A stretch of 59,550 bases of DNA from Acidimicrobiia bacterium (GTDB lineage Bacteria > Actinomycetota > Acidimicrobiia > Spongiisociales > Spongiisociaceae). The stretch spans positions 1 through 59,550 of the forward strand of contig WTGW01000006.1 in the NCBI GenBank assembly GCA_011523395.1, in the 5' to 3' direction. Below, one piece after another: positions 33,570 through 43,511 of this stretch. The notes below the pieces were generated by a model. It saw nothing but the letters and a program-made list of their open reading frames with translations. It was not told the origin of the DNA and did not search any database. Position numbers and translations under genes: made by a program. Every line of letters begins with the position of its first letter. Position 1 is the first letter of the stretch.

Positions 33570-33661
33570 CACGAGCCCTTCATGGTGGCGCTCGCCGCAG
33601 GGATGGTGAACCTCCCCACGCGGGTGAGGATCGGATCAAAGCCACGGTGCCTAGCCTCCAG
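33570..33661 (+). pseudogene. Relic fragment of a second atpC
   Basis: HEPFMVALAAGMVNL/HAGEDRIKATV versus HEPVMAALAAGTVNIQAGEDRIKATV in atpC; 2-nt frameshift. Confidence 0.85.
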
Positions 33662-33812
33662 ACGACGGGCCTGCTCCAGCATCCCAAGCTGGCCCCAGCC
33701 CGCATAGGCGTGTCACACTGAGGCTGGATAATGGGTTCCAGACAGTGAACGAAGGGTTCCGTTCGTGCCTATAGCATGTGCGGTCGGCGGCTGACCGGGA
33801 GGCTGTATCCGG

Positions 33813-36800
33813 ATGGATGGGACAGAGCGACGGAGTGGCGGTGATCTCTTCATCGTCGACAACAGCCTTTCCCGCTGGACGGGCCTCGAGTACCTGCGCG
33901 AGTGGACCGACCTGGCCCGATCATTCGATGTAGCGACCGGCTTCTTCGAGATCAGCTCGCTACTCGCCCTTGATGGCAAGTGGCAGCAGCTCGACAAGAT
34001 ACGCATACTCATGGGGGATCAGGTGTCGTTGAAGACGAAGCGGGCCTTCGTCGATGCTCTCCACACTCGGATCGGGCACCTTGACGCCGACTTGGAGGAC
34101 CAGAAGCGAACCAACCCCTTCCTGCGCGGGGTCGAGGCCGTGGTCGAAGCGATAAAGAGCGGTAAGATCGAGTGCCGGGTCTACCGGAAGAAGAAGTTCC
34201 ACGCCAAGGTCTACATCACCCATGCCAAGTTCGATGTGATCGGCGCCCAGGCGCTGGTCGGGTCCAGTAACTTCACCCGGCCGGGGCTCACGCAGAACGT
34301 AGAACTCAACATCCAGATCCAGAGCGGCCAGGAGGTCGCTCAGCTTCAGGACTGGTTCGAGACCCATTGGTCGGAAGCGGAACCGGTGACCGATGAGGTG
34401 CTGCGCACCGTTAGCCGGCACATCCATACATATACCCCCTTCGAGGTATATGCCAAGGCCCTTCACGAGTACTTCCGCGGTCACGAGCTTACGGCGGGTG
34501 AATGGGACGAGCACCGGTCACAGATGTTCCCCCAACTGGACCGGTACCAGAAGGAGGCCTACTGGTCGCTGATGAAGATCGCCCGCCGCTACGGAGGCGC
34601 CTTCCTCTGCGACGGGGTCGGGCTTGGCAAGACCTTCGTGGGTCTGATGCTGATCGAGCGTTTGATCCAGCACGAGAACAAGCGGGTGGTCGTGTTCGCA
34701 CCAAAGGCTGCTCGAGAGGGAGTCTGGGAACCGCATCTACGTGAGTGGTTACCCGACCTCGGAGGCATAGGCGGGACTTCAGACTTCTCCAGTCTGGTCC
34801 TGTTCAACCACACCGATCTGCACCGCATGGGCGACTTCCCGGAGCGGTTCCGGCACATCACGGCCCAGGCCGATGCGGTGATCGTCGACGAGGCCCATCA
34901 CTTCCGCAACCGGGGGCGAGCCGCCAGGCCCGACGACGAAGAGGACCGCAGGTCCCGGTACTGGCGCATGTTCGACCTACTCGACGGGAGCATCCGGCCC
35001 AAACTCCTGTTCCTGCTCACGGCTACGCCCGTCAACAACCGGCTGGCCGACTTTCGGCACATGGCCGAACTCTTTACCAGGGGTGACGACACCTACTTCG
35101 CCCGCACCCTCGGCGTGAACAACTTCACCGCCCGGTTCAACCATTTGGAGAAACGACTGCAGATCTCGCTCGGCGGTAAGGCGGCTTCGCTGCAGAACGG
35201 CCTTCACGAACAAGCCCGTGAAGTGCTGGACGCAGACCAGATCTTCGAGGCGCTGGTCGTGCAACGCAGCCGCGCCTACGCCAAGGCCAGCCAACTCCAG
35301 GAGCGTGATGAGACCGCTGACTTTCCGGTGCGGCGACCACCGCAGGTGGCGGAGTACTCCATCCGCAAGTCCTACGGTCAGGCCCTCGACATGTTCCAGC
35401 GGGCGTTCGAGAAGACGAATCCGCTCTTTTCGCTGCCCATCTACTACCCGCTTGCCTACTACATCGGACCAGACGACGGCATCGATCCGCTCGAAGAGAA
35501 CCGCCAGAAACAGGTGGTCGGCCTCATTCGCATCCTCTTCCTCAAGCGGTTCGAGAGTTCGGTCCACGCGTTCGAACGGTCCCTCGACCGGCTGATGCGC
35601 AAGCTGCTGGCCTTCGCCGAGGTCCACAGCACAACACCCGCGGAGGAGGAACGGTACAAACGCTGGAAGCGTGCCAACGCAGAAGTGATCGCCTACCGAC
35701 CGACCGAACAACTCGGGCTCTCGTTCGACGAAGCGGCCACAGAGGACGAGGACGAGCCCGAAGAGGACATCGTTCCCCCGGAGCTGCTCGAAGACGTCCC
35801 GGATCTAACGCGAGACGAGTACGACGTGGCCGCAATCCTGAAGGAGGTCTTCTCGGACCTCGACCAGATCGCCCGGTTCCTGTCGTTCACTCGGGCGTTC
35901 CAACCGGCCCAGGACGACAAGCTGAAGAAGCTGATCCGCCTGCTGCGAACCAAGGACATGGCGGGTCGCAAGGTCCTGGTATTCACGGAGTTCGCCGATA
36001 CCGCCCGCTACCTGCGCGCCCAACTGATGGAGGCCGGCATCGACGGCCTCACTCAACTCGACGGCGGATCGAAAGTGGACCGGGCCGAGATAATCCGGCG
36101 TTTCTCGCCCTACTACAACGGGTCGAGTTCTGGTCAGCTTCGGGAAGAGGGTCAGGAAGAGATCCGGGTCCTCGTGTCTACGGACGTCCTCTCCGAAGGC
36201 CTCAACCTCCAGGACGCCACCCGGTTGGTCAACTACGACATCCATTGGAACCCGGTGCGCCTCATGCAGCGCATCGGACGGGTAGACCGGCGGATGAACC
36301 CGGCGGTGGAGGAGCGCCTGGCAACCGATCATCCGGAGTCCGCCGCCGACCGGGGCAAGGTCGCATTCTGGAACTTCCTGCCTCCGAACGAGCTCAACCG
36401 GATACTCACCCTGTACACCCGCGTTACCAACAAGACGCTGCTGATCTCCAAGACCTTCGGCATCGAGGGTCGCAAGCTGTTGCGCCCAGACGACGACTTC
36501 GACGCTCTACGGGAGTTCAACGCCTCCTACGAGGGGAAGAAGTCCCGCGCCGAAGAGATGCATCTCGAGTACCAGAAGCTGCTGAAGCAAGACCCTCAGC
36601 TGGCGAACCGGCTGGAGATGATGCCCGGTTCGGTGTTTTCCGGCCGTCGTAAGCTCTCCAAGGGCGCGCGGGGCGTTTTCTTCTGCTACTCGCTACCCGC
36701 CCTCGACAAGCAACAGGGTGGTTTCACGCTCGAAGCCGGACCGACCCGCTGGTACCTCTACGATCTCAACCAGGATGAGATCATCGAGTCCACCGGGCCG

Positions 36801-36983
36801 ATCATTGAGAGCATCCGATCCAAGCCCCGAACATTGCGCCGGTGCATGATGGAGGAGAAGACATTGAAGTACATCCGCCAGGAGGTGCTGCGTCATGTTC
36901 GGAACACCTATCTCAAGCAAGTACAGGCACCCCTCAACGCTCCGAAGCCCAAGCTCATGTGCTGGATGGAGTTGAACGGATGA
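33813..36983 (+). CDS. PLD-like nuclease domain fused to SNF2-family helicase/ATPase
   Basis: FHAKVY...GSSNFT; DGVGLGKT, DEAH, TATPVNN, STDVLSEGLNLQ, WNPVRLMQRIGRVDR. Confidence 0.9.
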   Translation: MDGTERRSGGDLFIVDNSLSRWTGLEYLREWTDLARSFDVATGFFEISSLLALDGKWQQLDKIRILMGDQVSLKTKRAFVDALHTRIGHLDADLEDQKRTNPFLRGVEAVVEAIKSGKIECRVYRKKKFHAKVYITHAKFDVIGAQALVGSSNFTRPGLTQNVELNIQIQSGQEVAQLQDWFETHWSEAEPVTDEVLRTVSRHIHTYTPFEVYAKALHEYFRGHELTAGEWDEHRSQMFPQLDRYQKEAYWSLMKIARRYGGAFLCDGVGLGKTFVGLMLIERLIQHENKRVVVFAPKAAREGVWEPHLREWLPDLGGIGGTSDFSSLVLFNHTDLHRMGDFPERFRHITAQADAVIVDEAHHFRNRGRAARPDDEEDRRSRYWRMFDLLDGSIRPKLLFLLTATPVNNRLADFRHMAELFTRGDDTYFARTLGVNNFTARFNHLEKRLQISLGGKAASLQNGLHEQAREVLDADQIFEALVVQRSRAYAKASQLQERDETADFPVRRPPQVAEYSIRKSYGQALDMFQRAFEKTNPLFSLPIYYPLAYYIGPDDGIDPLEENRQKQVVGLIRILFLKRFESSVHAFERSLDRLMRKLLAFAEVHSTTPAEEERYKRWKRANAEVIAYRPTEQLGLSFDEAATEDEDEPEEDIVPPELLEDVPDLTRDEYDVAAILKEVFSDLDQIARFLSFTRAFQPAQDDKLKKLIRLLRTKDMAGRKVLVFTEFADTARYLRAQLMEAGIDGLTQLDGGSKVDRAEIIRRFSPYYNGSSSGQLREEGQEEIRVLVSTDVLSEGLNLQDATRLVNYDIHWNPVRLMQRIGRVDRRMNPAVEERLATDHPESAADRGKVAFWNFLPPNELNRILTLYTRVTNKTLLISKTFGIEGRKLLRPDDDFDALREFNASYEGKKSRAEEMHLEYQKLLKQDPQLANRLEMMPGSVFSGRRKLSKGARGVFFCYSLPALDKQQGGFTLEAGPTRWYLYDLNQDEIIESTGPIIESIRSKPRTLRRCMMEEKTLKYIRQEVLRHVRNTYLKQVQAPLNAPKPKLMCWMELNG

Positions 36984-39900
36984 GAAGACGACCCGATGAC
37001 GCGTTGCAACACCTGAAGTCGGTCCGAACCGCCGATGACCTACTCCGCTACTTCATCGACGAGCTGGACTGGCCGCTCGAGGACGAGACCATGCTCGAGG
37101 ACGAGGATGTGGACGATCTCACCTTCGATTGGGACCTCGAAGAGTTGGGCGTTCCCCGCCTGATCAGGGCCCGGATCGAGCGGGTCCGCCAGGTACGCCC
37201 CTTCACCGCCGACCAGCCGTGGGGAATCTTCTTCGTTGATCTGTCCGGTGAGAGGCTGTTGATCACTCGTCTGCGCGGCATCCTGAACGCTCTAATCACC
37301 AAGAGAAGATCTGTCACGGACAGCGACCGCCGTTCATGGATCCTCGACGACCTCCTCTTCGTCGTCACAACTGGCGAGGGTGACAGGACCGAGCTCCATC
37401 TGCTGGTCTTCTACAAGGCCGCCGCGAAGGTCGAGTTCCGCTGCCTCTCGTGGCGGCCCGCCGACTCGACCCACCGACTGCGCCGCCTTGCCGAGGAACT
37501 ACTACCAAAGCTCGCCTGGCCCGACGATGAGACCGACGCTGATGCCTGGCGCGCGGCGTGGCGGGACCCGTTCACACTGCAACCTGGTGAAGAAATCAAC
37601 TCGGCCACTCGCCTAGCTGATCGAATGTCGCGGAGCGCCCGCTGTTTGCGCGTTCAGATCGCGGATGCGTTGGCCGATGAGGAGGGTGAAGGCCCCTTCT
37701 CGGAACTCATGGGTGACATCCGTAGGCAGCTGGTCGCCGATGTGGATGACGAACGGTTCGCCGACATGTGTGCTCAGACCCTGGTTTACGGCCTGCTTGC
37801 CAGCCGGGTGGGCGATCCCGACGGATTCGGTGCCACACCGGTGCTGTCAGCGATTCCGCTCAGCAACCCGTTCCTCTCCAGTCTCTTCGAGCGGATCCAG
37901 GGAGAAGCCGCCACGCTCGACCTCGACGGCAGCGGGCTCGAATTGTTAATAGCCGATCTTCGCGAGAGCGACGTAGAGGCGATTCTGGACAACTTCGGAT
38001 CTACCGCCAAGGGCGGCGATCCTGTGATCCATTTCTATGAAGAGTTCCTCAAGAAATACGACAAGAAGATCCGGACCGATGCTGGCGCCTTCTACACTCC
38101 GGAGCCGGTTGTCGAGTTCATAGTCCGGGGCGTCGACGAACTGCTCCGGACAAGGTTCGGACTCGAAGCCGGCATCGCCGATGAGTCCACATGGCGGGAC
38201 GTCGCCGAACGGGTCGGGTTTGAGGTTCCGGATGGCGTAGACTCTGCGAAGCCATTCGTCTCCATGATCGATCCGGCCGCGGGAACTGGCACGTTTCTGG
38301 TTCATTGGCTCCGACAGGCGAAACGATCCTTCGAGAGAACGCACGCGGGCGAGAGTTGGCGGCAACAACTCAGCGAGTGGGTGCTACCCGCGATGCACGG
38401 ATTCGAGCTCATGCTCGGCCCTTATACGGTCGCCCATCTCAAGCTCGCCCTGCAACTGCACGACGAAGGTCTGCCGACTGACGCTGTACAGATCCTGCTG
38501 ACCGACACCCTCGATCACGATCCTCCGCAGATGGCATTCGATCTGATGGAAGATCCAGTGGCGGCCGAGGGAAGACGTGCCGCCCGACTCAAGAAAGATG
38601 AACGCTTCACGGTCGTCATTGGTAACCCTCCCTATGACCGAGAGCAGCGGGCCGTGGACGACACCGGCAAGCGAAAAGGTGGAGTCGTGCGCCATGGCGC
38701 GGCAGGCATCAAGCCCCTGCTCGACGACGTGACCAGGCCCATGCAGGAGGCGGGCCTAGGAGTACACATCAAGAACCTGTACAACGACTACGTGTACTTC
38801 TGGCGCTGGGCAGTTTGGCAAGCAGCCGAACTGCCGCCGGGTCCTGGTGTCATCGCCTTCATCACGGCCTCCTCCTATCTTGACGGCCTTTCGATGGGAG
38901 GCGTCCGATCACTGCTCCGCAAGGCCTTCGACGAACTGCTGATCGTCGATCTCGGAGGAGAGGGTCGTGGCGCTCTGGTGGAGGAGAACGTGTTCGACAT
39001 CCGCACTCCGGTCGCCGTAGCCTTCGCCGTAAGGAAGACGATGTCAGATTCGCCATGCTCTGTCCGCTACCTACGCGTCCTTGGAACCCGGCAAGAGAAG
39101 TTCGAACAGTTGAGCGCCCTGTCCCTTCCAGGATGTATGAGTACCGACGTGTCTGGCGGCGGACTCGAAGCCTTCGTACCACGTAGCGAGGCCGAGTACT
39201 GGTCATGGCCTACACTTACCAGCCTGTTTCCCTGGTACCACTCTGGCGCACAATTCAAGAGAGCTTGGCCCATAGCGACAACGAAGGGTCTTTTGAATAG
39301 ACGGTGGGCGCGGCTGGTCACCGAGGTCCCACGTGAACGCAAGAATCTGCTCAAGGAGACGAGAGATCGCAAGACCACCAGTAGTCCGAAGCCAATCCTG
39401 GGCGGTGTTGAGCGGCTCCGTCCACTTCGGAGTCTTGATAGATCCGATCGACCTGAAGGTACTGAACGGTACGGGTACCGAAGTTTCGATAGGCAGTGGG
39501 CTATCGCCGACCATCGAGTGGCGGACTTTCCGAGGCCTGACCTATGGCGTGTCAGGGGAACCCGTCAGCTGTTTCTGACAACCCTAACCTCGACCAAGTT
39601 CGGTCGTGGACCAGCGCTCACCGTCACACCCTATGTACCTGACCTCCATCACTTCAGCGGTCGCGGTGCCAAAAACGTGATACCGATGTACCGTGATGGG
39701 TCAGCTCAGGAACCCAACCTCCCCGCTGGACTGCTGGAGTCCTTGGGTGACGTTATCGGGAACCCGGTGGCGGTCGAAGGTCTTGTCGCCTATGTCCATG
39801 CCCTGCTAGGTACGGGGGCCTTCAGCGCTCGGTACGCCGACGAACTGGCCGAAGTGGCCGAGCCGGTCCACGTCCCGGTCACCCGCGATCCCGATCTGTT

Positions 39901-40387
39901 CAACAGAGCGGTACAACTCGGCCGCGATCTGCTCTGGTACCACAGCTGGGGCGAGCGTTTCGGAGACGGTGGCCACGCAACTCTCCCCGCCGGGTCGGTC
40001 ACCGAGATATCACCCGTAGTGGGCTACCCGAACAGCTTCGGCTATCGGCCCAAGGACAAGACGCTCGAAGTAGGTACCGGCCGGTTCGGCCCCGTTAGCG
40101 AGGAGGTCTGGAGCTTCGAGGTCTCCGGCCTCAAGGTCCTCCAGTCGTGGCTCGGCTACCGCATGGCCAACCGCAAAGGAAGGAAGTCCAGTCCCCTTGA
40201 CGATCTCCGCCCGAAGACCTGGGTCTTCACCGACGAACTCCTCCGCCTCATCGCCATCCTCCAACACACGATCGACGTAACCCCGACCGCGGCCCAACTC
40301 CTAGACGAGATCGTGAACGGCCCCCTCCTCCTAGCAGCCGACCTCCCCCAACCCACCGAAGCCGAACGCAAACCTCCGAAGGTTTAG
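36980..40387 (+). CDS. N6-adenine DNA methyltransferase with type ISP (LlaBIII-like) C-terminal specificity domain
   Basis: GAFYTP, DPAAGTGTF, GNPPY, LYNDYVYFWRWA, YRSFDRQW, VLQSWLGYR; ATGA overlap with the helicase stop. Confidence 0.88.
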   Translation: MRRRPDDALQHLKSVRTADDLLRYFIDELDWPLEDETMLEDEDVDDLTFDWDLEELGVPRLIRARIERVRQVRPFTADQPWGIFFVDLSGERLLITRLRGILNALITKRRSVTDSDRRSWILDDLLFVVTTGEGDRTELHLLVFYKAAAKVEFRCLSWRPADSTHRLRRLAEELLPKLAWPDDETDADAWRAAWRDPFTLQPGEEINSATRLADRMSRSARCLRVQIADALADEEGEGPFSELMGDIRRQLVADVDDERFADMCAQTLVYGLLASRVGDPDGFGATPVLSAIPLSNPFLSSLFERIQGEAATLDLDGSGLELLIADLRESDVEAILDNFGSTAKGGDPVIHFYEEFLKKYDKKIRTDAGAFYTPEPVVEFIVRGVDELLRTRFGLEAGIADESTWRDVAERVGFEVPDGVDSAKPFVSMIDPAAGTGTFLVHWLRQAKRSFERTHAGESWRQQLSEWVLPAMHGFELMLGPYTVAHLKLALQLHDEGLPTDAVQILLTDTLDHDPPQMAFDLMEDPVAAEGRRAARLKKDERFTVVIGNPPYDREQRAVDDTGKRKGGVVRHGAAGIKPLLDDVTRPMQEAGLGVHIKNLYNDYVYFWRWAVWQAAELPPGPGVIAFITASSYLDGLSMGGVRSLLRKAFDELLIVDLGGEGRGALVEENVFDIRTPVAVAFAVRKTMSDSPCSVRYLRVLGTRQEKFEQLSALSLPGCMSTDVSGGGLEAFVPRSEAEYWSWPTLTSLFPWYHSGAQFKRAWPIATTKGLLNRRWARLVTEVPRERKNLLKETRDRKTTSSPKPILGGVERLRPLRSLDRSDRPEGTERYGYRSFDRQWAIADHRVADFPRPDLWRVRGTRQLFLTTLTSTKFGRGPALTVTPYVPDLHHFSGRGAKNVIPMYRDGSAQEPNLPAGLLESLGDVIGNPVAVEGLVAYVHALLGTGAFSARYADELAEVAEPVHVPVTRDPDLFNRAVQLGRDLLWYHSWGERFGDGGHATLPAGSVTEISPVVGYPNSFGYRPKDKTLEVGTGRFGPVSEEVWSFEVSGLKVLQSWLGYRMANRKGRKSSPLDDLRPKTWVFTDELLRLIAILQHTIDVTPTAAQLLDEIVNGPLLLAADLPQPTEAERKPPKV

Positions 40388-40389
40388 CC

Positions 40390-42423
40390 ATGGTCTCGGA
40401 CTCGCTTCCCCAACCCGGCACGTCGGATTGTCAGATTCTGCCGGTCCGGTATCCCAGCCCAGAGTTCGATTGCATCGTCGACCTCTGGAGGCGTAACAGT
40501 CGCTGGCTGGGCTTCATGCCAACACAAGGCTTCCAGGACCGAGTTGAACGCGAGACCCTCCTCGCTGCACTCGTTGACGGCCAAGTCGCTGGTTATGTGC
40601 TATTTGACCTTCCGCGGGAAGTAGTCAAGATCATCCACCTGTGTGTCAATGCTGCCCATCAAGGAACAGGCATGGCCCGTTCGCTCGTAGATGCAGTTAG
40701 CGAGCGCTACCAAGACCGACGGGGCATCGAACTCGCCTGCCGAGATGACTACCCGGCCAATACGCTCTGGCCACGGTTCGGGTTCATCAACATCGGGGAG
40801 CGTCCCGGTCGAAGCCAACAAGGCACACTCCTCCGCATCTGGTTCCGCAGCCACGGGCATCATAGTCTCTTTATGCCAACTGCTGATAATGACAATCTAC
40901 GCGTTACAGCTGTAATCGACTTCAATGTCGTAAGGGACATACTTGGTGCGTCCGCCGAGCGCGGCCTTCCTAGCCAGCATCTCTTGGACGACTGGATCAC
41001 CCAGTTAGCTGACATCTGCATCACGGACGAAACATATCAGGAGGCTGGTCACCTTCCGACTCTCGACATGCGAAACGAGATAAGAGGTCAGCTTGAACAG
41101 TTCCTCAGACTACCTGTAGCAAGAGATCCTCAATGGCATCGCCTAGTGGCGCAGATAGCCGATCTCCTGCCTCGTGCTCAAGGACCCGACCACCGGCACC
41201 TAGCCGATACAATTTCAGGTCAGGGCCAATACTTCGTAACGCGTGATCAGGAACTGACAAAGCGTTCTAACTTATTGATGAACGAATTCGGACTAAGTGT
41301 CGTGTCTCCAACGCGGTTCATAGCAAACCTCGACCAACTCCGCTCGGAGGACCGCTATGAGCCAAGGCAACTAAACGCAACGCCAATCTCAATCCGTTTT
41401 TCGGTAGACGAGGAACGATCCTTCATACTCTCCTTTCAGAATTATGCGCAGTCCGAACCACGTCGCAGTCTTGTGGGTATCCTACGAACCGCTCTAGCGA
41501 CACCTGATTCCAGCCACATCATAATCATCCAAACAGCCGAATCCCACAATATTGGGAGTGCAATAAGTTATATAGACGGCAGTACTCTCGTAGTCAATGC
41601 ATTGAGATTGGCGAGCAAGGATCGGCTAGCTGACACTATTGGCAGGCAGCTCTGCTCAATGCTGAGGAACTACGCTCTCGACAATGAGCTATCCTCCGTT
41701 CGGGTCGTAGACCGGTATTTGGCCGTTTCGTTGGAGAGGTCTCTAGAGGATGAGGGTTATCTGTATAAGGATAACAACTGGATTTGTAACCTCAATACTG
41801 GACTGATATCAGCTTCATCATTCTTTGGACACGAGAGAGCGACAGCATCTGACATCGCTCTATACGAACACCAACGCTGGCCCCTAAAACTACTAGGTGG
41901 GAGCTTAAGAACCTTCTTGATACCGATACGCCCTTCGTTCGCCGAGCAGTTGATCGACACTCGTAGTGCTGCGGGGACACTATTCGGCCGTTCCGAAGGC
42001 TTGGGCATAAGTAGAGAACACGTCTACTATCGGAGCTGGAGGAATTCATATGGATTGGCACCGCCCGCCAGGATATTGTGGTATGTATCAGGTGCTACAC
42101 CTTACCAGACTGAGGGCCATATCAGGGCTGCTTCGCAATTGCGAGAGGTACGAATTGGCCTTCCCTTAACTCTTTATCGACGATTTTCGCGTCTAGGCGT
42201 ATACACGGAATACGAAGTCAAGAAGGCAGCAGCGCCCGACGGTCGAGTCATGGCATTGCGTTTCGTAGGCACTGAGCTATTCGACAACCCAATGAGTCTA
42301 TCCAGAATTCGTGAGGTAGCAGAGAGCGTAGGCGAGAAAATGCCAGTGCTGCGGTCGCCGAGTCCAATAGCGGAGGAGTTCTTCTCTGCCATCTACAAGG
42401 AGAGTTCGCGCTATGTCAAGTGA
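40390..42423 (+). CDS. GNAT - PIN - (degenerate GNAT) - ASCH/EVE-like multidomain protein
   Basis: HLCV..HQGTGMARSLV (GNAT motif A); VIDFNVV, DHRHLA, FVTRD (PIN acidic residues); LIPIRPSFA..REHVYYRS..ILWYVS (PUA-like); visibly lower GC. Confidence 0.75.
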   Translation: MVSDSLPQPGTSDCQILPVRYPSPEFDCIVDLWRRNSRWLGFMPTQGFQDRVERETLLAALVDGQVAGYVLFDLPREVVKIIHLCVNAAHQGTGMARSLVDAVSERYQDRRGIELACRDDYPANTLWPRFGFINIGERPGRSQQGTLLRIWFRSHGHHSLFMPTADNDNLRVTAVIDFNVVRDILGASAERGLPSQHLLDDWITQLADICITDETYQEAGHLPTLDMRNEIRGQLEQFLRLPVARDPQWHRLVAQIADLLPRAQGPDHRHLADTISGQGQYFVTRDQELTKRSNLLMNEFGLSVVSPTRFIANLDQLRSEDRYEPRQLNATPISIRFSVDEERSFILSFQNYAQSEPRRSLVGILRTALATPDSSHIIIIQTAESHNIGSAISYIDGSTLVVNALRLASKDRLADTIGRQLCSMLRNYALDNELSSVRVVDRYLAVSLERSLEDEGYLYKDNNWICNLNTGLISASSFFGHERATASDIALYEHQRWPLKLLGGSLRTFLIPIRPSFAEQLIDTRSAAGTLFGRSEGLGISREHVYYRSWRNSYGLAPPARILWYVSGATPYQTEGHIRAASQLREVRIGLPLTLYRRFSRLGVYTEYEVKKAAAPDGRVMALRFVGTELFDNPMSLSRIREVAESVGEKMPVLRSPSPIAEEFFSAIYKESSRYVK

Positions 42424-42847
42424 CCAGGGTACGCTACTCTTGTCGGTAAAGCCTCGCTTTGCTGACTTGATACTCGATGGAACGAAGACGGTTGAGCTAA
42501 GGCGGGTAGCACCTACTATAGAACCCGGAGCCTTTGCATTGTTATATGCTTCTTCTCCACTTTGCCAGTTGCTAGGCACATGCCGGATTATCGACGTGAA
42601 TGTTTCATCGACAGCAGAGATTTGGAAGCGATATGGCCAGCAATGTGCCTTGACAGAGGAAGAGTATACATCGTACTTCGAAGGAGCACGGCGTGCCGTG
42701 GCTATTGTGTTGGATAACCCGTCTCGTCTGTTAGAACAACCGTCTCTCAAAACCCTCCGTCAGCGGATGGCTGGATTCACTCCACCGCAGAGCTTCAGAT
42801 ACCTGAGTCCGAGCATGCTAGAACAACTACAGCTACAGCCTGCCTAG
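42413..42847 (+). CDS. ASCH domain protein
   Basis: LLSVKPRFADLILDGTKTVELRR, LYASSP, PPQSFRY. Confidence 0.9.
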   Translation: MSSDQGTLLLSVKPRFADLILDGTKTVELRRVAPTIEPGAFALLYASSPLCQLLGTCRIIDVNVSSTAEIWKRYGQQCALTEEEYTSYFEGARRAVAIVLDNPSRLLEQPSLKTLRQRMAGFTPPQSFRYLSPSMLEQLQLQPA

Positions 42848-43036
42848 TGCATCGGGCTTATCCGGGGCGCACTGATCGTTAGAGGAATATCCAGAGCGAT
42901 GCCACCGCGCCCTCCATTTGACGGAGGCGTCTCACGGCAGGTTCGCGGTTGTTGTAGCTAGGACGGGGTGACACCCCCCAGCGGGCGGTGTGCGGTTCGT
43001 CTCGTTCGAACGACGCAGATTCCGGTTACGTTGCGG

Positions 43037-43175
43037 TACGAGGGAGCCGGTTCCGCGTGATGCGCTGCGCGAAGACCTGGTGGTTGGTGCTTGACATCTG
43101 TCCTACGGCGGCGATACGTTGAGCCTTGAAAACCCCGGAACCGTCCCTGCTTCGGCAAACGGCCGGGGTTACGCC
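43037..43175 (-). repeat. Copy 2 of the ~140-bp diverged direct repeat
   Basis: Aligns with 33412-33551 with one 1-nt indel. Confidence 0.85.
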
Positions 43176-43226
43176 TTTCTGTGCCGTCCGTCGCCACCGG
43201 GGCCCGGAGATGGTACGTTGACCGGT

Positions 43227-43511
43227 ATGGAAACCAAGCAGGCACGCGAGGCCGCGCCCGAGGAGGCGCCGAAGCTGTACGCCATTTTTGTGGCCGGTCC
43301 CAACCCAGACATGGATCAGGACCTGGCCGTGGCTATGGAGGAGATCCACCAGGCCAGCCTCAGCAACCCTGACAACTTCTACAACAATCCGCAGAAGCAT
43401 CGGGAGGCGCTGGAGGGCCTCGGCCGACTCCTCGATGAATGGCAGGAGGAGAATGGGGCGTTCACCGACGAGGAGATGGAGGCTGCCCGGCGCAGCCTGT
43501 ACGGGGAATGA
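43227..43511 (+). CDS. Probable VapB-like antitoxin
   Basis: C-terminal LLDEWQEENGAFTDEEMEAARR resembles actinobacterial antitoxins; ATGA-coupled to a PIN stub. Confidence 0.55.
   Translation: METKQAREAAPEEAPKLYAIFVAGPNPDMDQDLAVAMEEIHQASLSNPDNFYNNPQKHREALEGLGRLLDEWQEENGAFTDEEMEAARRSLYGE

Noticed and set aside
33813-42847. Calling the block DISARM or BREX
   Set aside because: No DrmA/DrmB (DUF1998) helicases, PglZ or BrxC in the window.
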